Both the position numbers and the translations under genes were made by a program. 11,710 bases of DNA from Candidatus Altarchaeum sp. (lineage in GTDB: Archaea > Altiarchaeota > Altiarchaeia > Altiarchaeales > Altiarchaeaceae). A model generated the notes under the pieces. That model saw only the letters and a list, made by a program, of their open reading frames with translations, did not search any database and was not told where the DNA came from. Where the stretch lies: contig JAGWDQ010000126.1 in NCBI GenBank assembly GCA_018260615.1, positions 1 to 11,710 of the forward strand, read 5' to 3'. Shown piece after piece: positions 1 to 5,769 of the stretch (its first letter is position 1; every line of letters starts with the position of its first letter).

Positions 1-1645
1 GTTCTGTTGTGTTTGAAGCAACACTCTTTGAAACATTTAAATCGGCTTTGTAAACTGTTATGTTTGTTGTATCCGCAGTAATTGTAACTGTTGTCTGATT
101 ATTATCTAAATCCAATCCTGTTGCATTTGCAAAATTTTCATTTTGTTCTTCTGCTACACATGTCTTTGTATAAACCGAGAAATTTAAAATTATACCCTGG
201 TTTGGTTTTAGTAAGAAATTTTCTTCAAGAGAAAAGGTTATATTTTGCTGGCCGTTTGCTTCGGGAGTAGTAATGTTGGTGATATTGACATCTGTTGAAG
301 GGGTGTAATTTATCTGCAATCCGAGAAAATCAAAACCAATTGTGGCTCCTGCTAGTGGAGTTACATTGCACTTAAACTGAGGGGTTGTGAAATCACTTTT
401 TATCATATCAAGCAAAGGAGAAGAAGTATCTGTACTATTACAGGTAAAATTTATATCGCTTGAACCCAATAAAGTAGTACTGTTTGGAAAACTACAAACT
501 TCTTGCCATTGTCCAGATGTTTTATTAAACCAGGAAATATTTACACGTGCATTTACACTTATTACATCTCCATTAACTTCGCAAACAACACTTGCATTGT
601 TAATAGCATTTACGGCATAAATACTTGTATTGAATGTTCCATTGACTGCATAAGACTCCATTGCAGACAATGTCTTTGTTGCTCTATTATCATCGGAAGC
701 ATTTATCTTTGCAGTTACATCCGTTCCATCACTGTCTGTTGCACTTACAGGTCCTTTATATCCCCAGGTTTTATTTTCAATGTTTCCGATAAATGTTGCA
801 GTTGTATTTCCCGCATAATTATAGCTAAAGCATTTTGGCAGGTGATCTGTTATGTTTATTGCTTTAATTGTTGCATTTCCGATATTGGTTAAATTTATTG
901 AAATTTTTGTGAAATTTCCCGGTTCTGTTGTCTGTTCCCATGTTTTCTTTATTTGTGCATAAGGATAATAAACTGTAACATTTGCTGATGTCTTTGTAAC
1001 ACTTATAGCATTCCCGCTTTCGTTTACTCCTTCGGCACTTGCGTTATTAATATTTGTCCATTCACTTGCATTTGAGGTTGTATATGCTCTAAACATCAGG
1101 GTTAAATTTTCGCCCGGAAGTAATTTGTTATCCGGAATTGATGTTGCTGCAAAAGTGCATACTAATCCCGCATTACAATTTGTAACAAAACAACCGCTTG
1201 TATTTCCTAAATGTGTTAAATTCCACTTAACTAATTGTCTGTCTCCCGGAGAAGCAGGATATGATGTTTCGGTATTTGCATCGTTCCATGTTCTGTTATA
1301 TGTTAAATCTGAAATTGCGGTACAAGTAACAAACCCCACAACCACCGTGCATGTTCCAGAACAGTTCTTCCACACTCTTTCATATTTTATGCTTGCAAAA
1401 TTTTCCGCTTCATTTAATGTCTTATTAAATTTCCATCCGTTTGGCAGCAAGTCGGTAATGTTTATTTTACTAATATTCCCCGACTCGTTATTCTGAATTT
1501 TTATTGTCCAGTCCGTCCAATTTCCCGGCTCCGATGTTAAAGTACTTGCGGTTTTTTCTATAAACACAGATGTGGTCAGAGTTACATAAACCAATCCTGC
1601 CAATAAGAATAAACCAGTCAAAAGTACAATTTTTCCGCTATTCAT
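1..1645 (-). CDS. Large exported DUF11-repeat (Ig-like) surface glycoprotein; 3'-partial, at least 548 aa, runs off the left edge
   Basis: Manual translation from ATG at 1645 has no stop to position 1. N-terminal hydrophobic signal MNSGKIVLLTGLFLLAGLVYVTLTT. Three DUF11-style starts: IEKTASTLTSEPGNWTDWTIKIQN..NITDLLPNGWKF; AQIKKTWEQTTEPGNFTKISINLTNIGN..NITDHLPKCFSY; ADLNVSKSVASNTTE. About 40 N-x-S/T sequons. Not in the supplied ORF track. Confidence 0.88.
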   Translation of the reverse strand, partial: MNSGKIVLLTGLFLLAGLVYVTLTTSVFIEKTASTLTSEPGNWTDWTIKIQNNESGNISKINITDLLPNGWKFNKTLNEAENFASIKYERVWKNCSGTCTVVVGFVTCTAISDLTYNRTWNDANTETSYPASPGDRQLVKWNLTHLGNTSGCFVTNCNAGLVCTFAATSIPDNKLLPGENLTLMFRAYTTSNASEWTNINNASAEGVNESGNAISVTKTSANVTVYYPYAQIKKTWEQTTEPGNFTKISINLTNIGNATIKAINITDHLPKCFSYNYAGNTTATFIGNIENKTWGYKGPVSATDSDGTDVTAKINASDDNRATKTLSAMESYAVNGTFNTSIYAVNAINNASVVCEVNGDVISVNARVNISWFNKTSGQWQEVCSFPNSTTLLGSSDINFTCNSTDTSSPLLDMIKSDFTTPQFKCNVTPLAGATIGFDFLGLQINYTPSTDVNITNITTPEANGQQNITFSLEENFLLKPNQGIILNFSVYTKTCVAEEQNENFANATGLDLDNNQTTVTITADTTNITVYKADLNVSKSVASNTTE

Positions 1646-1671
1646 CTTTTAGTGCTTATGCTTATCTGCAT

Positions 1672-1688
1672 AAAAAATTTGAAAAAAA
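1672..1688 (-). terminator. Possible archaeal oligo-T terminator after the wHTH regulator gene
   Basis: Minus strand has T7 and T6 tracts immediately after the stop at 1691; the background is AT-rich, so support is weak. Confidence 0.3.
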
Positions 1689-1690
1689 TT

Positions 1691-2842
1691 TTACAGCAAT
1701 GATTTAAACCACGATGTAAATTTAACTTTCTGAATTGTAAATGTTTTGTCTAGTTCTATTATTTTTTTATCCTCTAACTTTTTGAGTGCCATTGACAAAC
1801 TTGACTTCGGAAGATTTGTACCTCGCGATATTTCCGTTCTTAATAAGTCCCCGCCGTGTTCCATAAGAAGATTAATAACAATTCTCTCGTTTTCTGTTAA
1901 AGATGACAATAAATTTTCTCTCTCTTTTTGAGTTCTCTCTTTAAACATTTCGTCTCTTTCTTTCTCTTTTCTTTCCGCTTCTGCTTTATATTCTTCTTTT
2001 TTCTTATCTTCCGCAGAAGATAAAGATACGGGTGCATTTCCATCCGGGGTTGTCTGAGATGCCGGGATAGTTGTGGGGGCGGGTGTCGGGAGGGTTGCAG
2101 ATGTTATCATTGTTACACGGGACTTTTCTTCCGCTTCCTTTTCTTCCGCTTCTTTTTCTTCCGCTTCTTTTTCTTCTGTTTTTTTTATGCCTGTCTCAAC
2201 TTTATCAATTTTCTCTTCTGTTTTTTCTACATTATGCTGGACCCGCAAAATATAAAAGAACACGAGAATTATCCCTGAAGCAAAGATTGCGAGGAATAAC
2301 AACCAATCCTGATGAGTATAATTTAGTGTATTCTGCGGATTATTTGTGCCACTAGTTCCGTTACTTTTTACAAAATTTGATGACGAATCATTTGTTAAAT
2401 TTTCTATTTTAAATATGCCTTCAAGTGCGGGAATATCTATATCAGAAAAATTTGTGTATGCGGTAATCAGTGAGAAATCAAGTGTTTTTGTCTCATTTTC
2501 CCTGACTGTCAGGTTTATGCTGTCCAAATATAAATTTTCTTTGCTGTCAATATATGTCACAACAACAAGGTAATTTCCGGAAGTTAAATTTATTGCATAC
2601 TTTCCATTCACTGTTGCTACCTGCTGCATACTGCCTGCACTGTCATAAATTTTTACTTCCGCACCATTTAAATTTTCTCCGTTCGCTCCAATGACATTTC
2701 CTTTGATTTCCGCCGCCAGTGAACATTGCAAAATTGAGGTAATCAAAAGCATTATTAAAAGCAATATGACTGCAGCAGATACAAAATTCCTTAAATTTTT
2801 TGGTTTTATTTTGGTTTTATTTTGTTTCGTTTCGGGAGACAT
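1691..2842 (-). CDS. Membrane-tethered winged-HTH protein (COG2512-like): signal peptide, carboxypeptidase-regulatory-like beta-sandwich, TM helix, charged linker, C-terminal wHTH
   Basis: 383 aa. Hydrophobic N-terminus; IKGNVIGANGENLNGAEVKIYD..NGKYAINLTSGNYLVVVTY is typical of the CarboxypepD_reg-like fold; TM WLLFLAIFASGIILVFFYIL; C-terminal LTENERIVINLLMEHGGDLLRTEISRGTNLPKSSLSMALKKLEDKKIIEL is wHTH-like. Confidence 0.8.
   Translation of the reverse strand: MSPETKQNKTKIKPKNLRNFVSAAVILLLIMLLITSILQCSLAAEIKGNVIGANGENLNGAEVKIYDSAGSMQQVATVNGKYAINLTSGNYLVVVTYIDSKENLYLDSINLTVRENETKTLDFSLITAYTNFSDIDIPALEGIFKIENLTNDSSSNFVKSNGTSGTNNPQNTLNYTHQDWLLFLAIFASGIILVFFYILRVQHNVEKTEEKIDKVETGIKKTEEKEAEEKEAEEKEAEEKSRVTMITSATLPTPAPTTIPASQTTPDGNAPVSLSSAEDKKKEEYKAEAERKEKERDEMFKERTQKERENLLSSLTENERIVINLLMEHGGDLLRTEISRGTNLPKSSLSMALKKLEDKKIIELDKTFTIQKVKFTSWFKSLL
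2124..2176. repeat. 15-bp coding tandem repeat, about 3.5 units, encoding (E/T)EEKEAEEKEAEEKEAEEK
   Basis: TTTTCTTCCGCTTC(C/T) at 2124-2138, 2139-2153 and 2154-2168, with a partial unit to 2176. Confidence 0.95.
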
Positions 2843-3208
2843 TTTCTAATGTATTTTTTAACATTTCTATATCTTTTTCCATTTCGGATAGGTTGTAGTT
2901 AGCACTTTCATTAATTGCCTGTTCCATGTCAATAAGCGACTGATATTCATCTTCCGGTGAAGGTGTAAAATATGTATCCTGAGGCACATATTCCATATCC
3001 GTATAATCTTCAGGATACTCTCCCGGGCTGGTTGTCATGATGAGATAAATTATACATAAAGATATTATAAACAAAATTCCTATGAGCAAAGTTTTCTTAT
3101 CTATTTTTGTAAATAGTGATGATAATTTTATATTTTTCATTTTGAAAAATTTATGTTTTTTCCTTCCCATGCCTTGTTAACACACAGACCTTTATTGCAC
3201 GCTTTATA
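2772..3208. repeat. Tandem segmental duplication, copy A (437 bp)
   Basis: Aligns with 3210-3625: 29 bp identical at the left end, 113 bp identical at the right end, about 26 substitutions in the 261-bp middle, and a net 21-bp length difference. Confidence 0.97.
2817..3140 (-). CDS. Small single-pass membrane protein, paralog A (107 aa)
   Basis: Basic N-terminus, TM LLIGILFIISLCIIYLIM, acidic P/Y/E/D-rich C-terminal part with NES and NLS sequons. I prefer the start at 3140 (MKNIKL) over 3170 because in the paralog the equivalent ATG overlaps the upstream stop as ATGA. Confidence 0.85.
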   Translation of the reverse strand: MKNIKLSSLFTKIDKKTLLIGILFIISLCIIYLIMTTSPGEYPEDYTDMEYVPQDTYFTPSPEDEYQSLIDMEQAINESANYNLSEMEKDIEMLKNTLENVSRNETK

Positions 3209-3259
3209 AGCAGCAGATACAAAATTCCTTAAATTTTTATGACTGGTTTTTGGAGACAT
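3137..3259 (-). CDS. Putative 40-aa chimeric junction ORF MSPKTSHKNLRNFVSAAYKACNKGLCVNKAWEGKNINFSK
   Basis: Open frame from ATG 3259 to TGA 3139-3137. The first 17 aa correspond to the N-terminus of the 383-aa gene and the last 23 aa are identical to the C-terminus of the 433-aa gene. Translation is not demonstrated. Confidence 0.4.
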   Translation of the reverse strand: MSPKTSHKNLRNFVSAAYKACNKGLCVNKAWEGKNINFSK

Positions 3260-3625
3260 TTTCTAATGTATCTTCTAACATTTCCATATCTTTTTCCATT
3301 TCGGATAGATTGTAGTTAGCACTTTCATTAAGTGCATGTTCCATCTCAATAAGGGACTGCTCTTTATCTTCCGGTGAAGGCGTGGAATATGTATCGGGAG
3401 GTATATATTCCGTATCCGTATAATCTTCAGGATACTCTCCCGGGCCGGTTGTCATGATGAGATAAATTATACATAAAGATATTATAAACAAAATTCCTAC
3501 AATTATAGTTTCCTTATCTATTTTTGTAAATAGTGATGATAATTTTATATTTTTCATTTTGAAAAATTTATGTTTTTTCCTTCCCATGCCTTGTTAACAC
3601 ACAGACCTTTATTGCACGCTTTATA
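3210..3625. repeat. Tandem segmental duplication, copy B (416 bp)
   Basis: Begins GCAGCAGATACAAAATTCCTTAAATTTTT like 2772 and ends CCTTTATTGCACGCTTTATA like 3208; the copies are separated by one base (A3209). Confidence 0.97.
3237..3557 (-). CDS. Small single-pass membrane protein, paralog B (106 aa)
   Basis: 85/102 aa identical to paralog A up to ENVS; ATG 3557 overlaps the TGA (3556-3554) of the upstream gene as ATGA. Confidence 0.85.
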   Translation of the reverse strand: MKNIKLSSLFTKIDKETIIVGILFIISLCIIYLIMTTGPGEYPEDYTDTEYIPPDTYSTPSPEDKEQSLIEMEHALNESANYNLSEMEKDMEMLEDTLENVSKNQS

Positions 3626-4855
3626 TGTTCCGGTTCCTGTTAATGTGGCATTTCCGTTTCCCGTGATTGCTATATTTATATCCTTTCCGCTTATCTCAAT
3701 TATTAAATTATTTCCTGTAATTTCAATATTTCCTTCTCCGCCATAGACCTTACCTTCGCCTGAATTTATCTCTTTTAAATTTTTGGGAGAAATTTGTACG
3801 CTGCTTAAGTCCCCTTTTAATGTTACGCTTCCGATAACATAAATTTTAACATTTGCCTTGCTTTCATTATCTCCCTCCCTTATATTTATTACCGCTTTCC
3901 CGTCCCCTTTTGCTACGAATGTTGAATCGGCCGATTCCAGTTCGCTGAGCCATCCGTCAGGGATTGAATTGTATATGTCATTTAATCCGGTTTTTGTTTT
4001 ATAGAGTGATGTGTATGTGCTTTTAAATAAGTTCTCTGCTTCTGCCAGTGACTCGGATGTAGACAGATTCATAAGATTGACGCACTTTTGATAATTTGCA
4101 TAAGACTGGTTTAACAGGTTATTTAGTTTGCATAATTTTTCCTCAATCTCCGTCGTATTATGTCCGGATGCTTTAAGTTGTGCAATATTCTCATTGATCT
4201 TTAAGGAGTCCTCAACCAGGCCGGCAATTACTATTTTCGTCTTATACTTTAATATAGTAGTGACAACCATTCCCCTCATGTTTTGTGACTGGGTGTATGT
4301 TTCCTGCAACTCTTTAATAAAATTTTTAAGCATATCTACATTTAGCTGCGATTTTGAGTCCGTTTGTGATGTGCTTTCATTTAATCTTTTTTTAATATCT
4401 CTTATTTTGTCCAGTAATCGGTTAATCCGGGAAATTTGTTCCTTTTTTGTTATATCATCAAACGAATTCTCTGATAAAATTCTTTTCTTTAACATTTCGT
4501 TATAATTTTCCAGCACAATAGACAGATTCATGGTAAAGTCCCCGGTGGAGCTGATAAAATTTTCGTATTTTTCATCATTTTTGTTTTCAAGATATTTTTC
4601 CCTTGAAATAAGCCACATCGCCTTTGCTTCGCTGTAATTTGATAATGATTCAAAATAGTTATTTTTTGCGATTTCATAGTCATATTCCAGTGCGGACTTA
4701 TTTAAATTTACATCTTCTCCGATAACCACATTCGTTCCTGCAAGTAAAAGTAAAACCAAAATAAAGAAAAGAAAAGTAATGTATGTAGTTGAATTTACTG
4801 TTTTACATTTTCCTGAAAAATTTTTAAATTTTTCCATAGCCCCCGAATTAAACAT
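3554..4855 (-). CDS. Exported/membrane-anchored protein: long helical (coiled-coil) region plus Gly-rich beta-strand C-terminal domain; function unknown
   Basis: 433 aa (alternative start at 4837). Hydrophobic segment YITFLFFILVLLLLAG, heptad-like E/K/L-rich middle, and C-terminal GEGNIEITGNNLIIEISGKDINIAITGNGNATLTGTGTY; several sequons. Confidence 0.85.
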   Translation of the reverse strand: MFNSGAMEKFKNFSGKCKTVNSTTYITFLFFILVLLLLAGTNVVIGEDVNLNKSALEYDYEIAKNNYFESLSNYSEAKAMWLISREKYLENKNDEKYENFISSTGDFTMNLSIVLENYNEMLKKRILSENSFDDITKKEQISRINRLLDKIRDIKKRLNESTSQTDSKSQLNVDMLKNFIKELQETYTQSQNMRGMVVTTILKYKTKIVIAGLVEDSLKINENIAQLKASGHNTTEIEEKLCKLNNLLNQSYANYQKCVNLMNLSTSESLAEAENLFKSTYTSLYKTKTGLNDIYNSIPDGWLSELESADSTFVAKGDGKAVINIREGDNESKANVKIYVIGSVTLKGDLSSVQISPKNLKEINSGEGKVYGGEGNIEITGNNLIIEISGKDINIAITGNGNATLTGTGTYKACNKGLCVNKAWEGKNINFSK

Positions 4856-4968
4856 AACTTAAATTTTACACGGTTCAAACTTTTGGTAAAATTGTATTTG
4901 TAATTATTCTTGATAATATAAATTAAATTTATGAATAAAAGATTTAAAAGAAAATTTAAAATTATAAA
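4856..4968. promoter_or_regulatory. Divergent promoter region between the envelope operon and nif3
   Basis: 113-bp extremely AT-rich gap between head-to-head genes, with several TATA-like hexamers; the functional boxes cannot be picked from sequence alone. Confidence 0.45.
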
Positions 4969-5721
4969 ATGGAAATTAAAAAATTAAAGAACTTCCTTGA
5001 CGAATACCTTAAAATTGCGGAAATTGAGGATGTGTCTGTAAATGGGTTGCAGGTTGAAGGAAAGAAAAATGTCAATAAAATCTGCTTTGCGGTTGATGCG
5101 TGCGCGGAAACATTTAAATTAGCAAAGAAGGAAAATGCAGATATGTTATTTGTTCATCACGGAATGATATGGGGAGGAATAAAGAAGGTTACAGGAATAA
5201 ATTACCTGCGATTGAAATTTCTGATTGAGAACAAAATTTCTCTTTATGCTTCACATTTACCGCTTGACAAACACGAAGAAGTAGGAAACAACATACAATT
5301 TTTAAAAATTTTCGGAATAAATGAAGCAATTGAGGACTTCGGGACATATCACGGAATAAAGATAGGGTATGCAGGAAGGTTTGAAAAGGAAAAAAATTTA
5401 AGCGATTTTGTCAGCGAGATTGAAAAACAACTGAATACAAAATGCAAAATTTTAAAATTTGGAAAAGAGAAAATAAAAAGTGTCGGAGTTGTTTCCGGTG
5501 GTGCCGCTTCTTTAATTGATGAAGCAATTGAGAATGTTGACTGCTTTGTAACCGGAGAGCCATCGCATCAGGTTTATCACATCGCAAAGGAAGGAAAAAT
5601 TAATGTAATTTTTGCAGGACATTATGCAACAGAAACGGTTGGAGTAAAAGCAATGGCAGAGTTCATCGGCAAAAAATTTGGAATTGAAACGAAATTTATT
5701 GATGTGCCGACTGGACTTTAA
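4969..5721 (+). CDS. nif3: Nif3-like dinuclear metal center hexameric protein (YbgI/DUF34 family)
   Basis: 250 aa with family motifs NGLQVEG, FAVDA, FVHHG, ASHLPLDKH, VTGE and GHYATE. Confidence 0.95.
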   Translation: MEIKKLKNFLDEYLKIAEIEDVSVNGLQVEGKKNVNKICFAVDACAETFKLAKKENADMLFVHHGMIWGGIKKVTGINYLRLKFLIENKISLYASHLPLDKHEEVGNNIQFLKIFGINEAIEDFGTYHGIKIGYAGRFEKEKNLSDFVSEIEKQLNTKCKILKFGKEKIKSVGVVSGGAASLIDEAIENVDCFVTGEPSHQVYHIAKEGKINVIFAGHYATETVGVKAMAEFIGKKFGIETKFIDVPTGL

Positions 5722-5769
5722 ATTTTTATTTTCCGAAATAATTGCTCAACTGCAAAAAAATCTGCTCGG

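Noticed and set aside
387-1496. Plus-strand ORFs 387-620, 503-892 and 1125-1496
   Set aside because: Antisense shadows of the long minus-strand DUF11 gene, with no recognisable motifs.
2817-3587. Longer starts MGRKKHKFFK at 3170 and 3587
   Set aside because: They would lie 34 bp inside the upstream frame; the second Met gives the canonical ATGA overlap.
1746-4505. Plus-strand ORFs 1746-1931, 2071-2355, 2073-2255, 2346-2573 and 4128-4505
   Set aside because: Antisense to well-supported genes; their F/S/L-rich look comes from reading Glu/Lys codons backwards.
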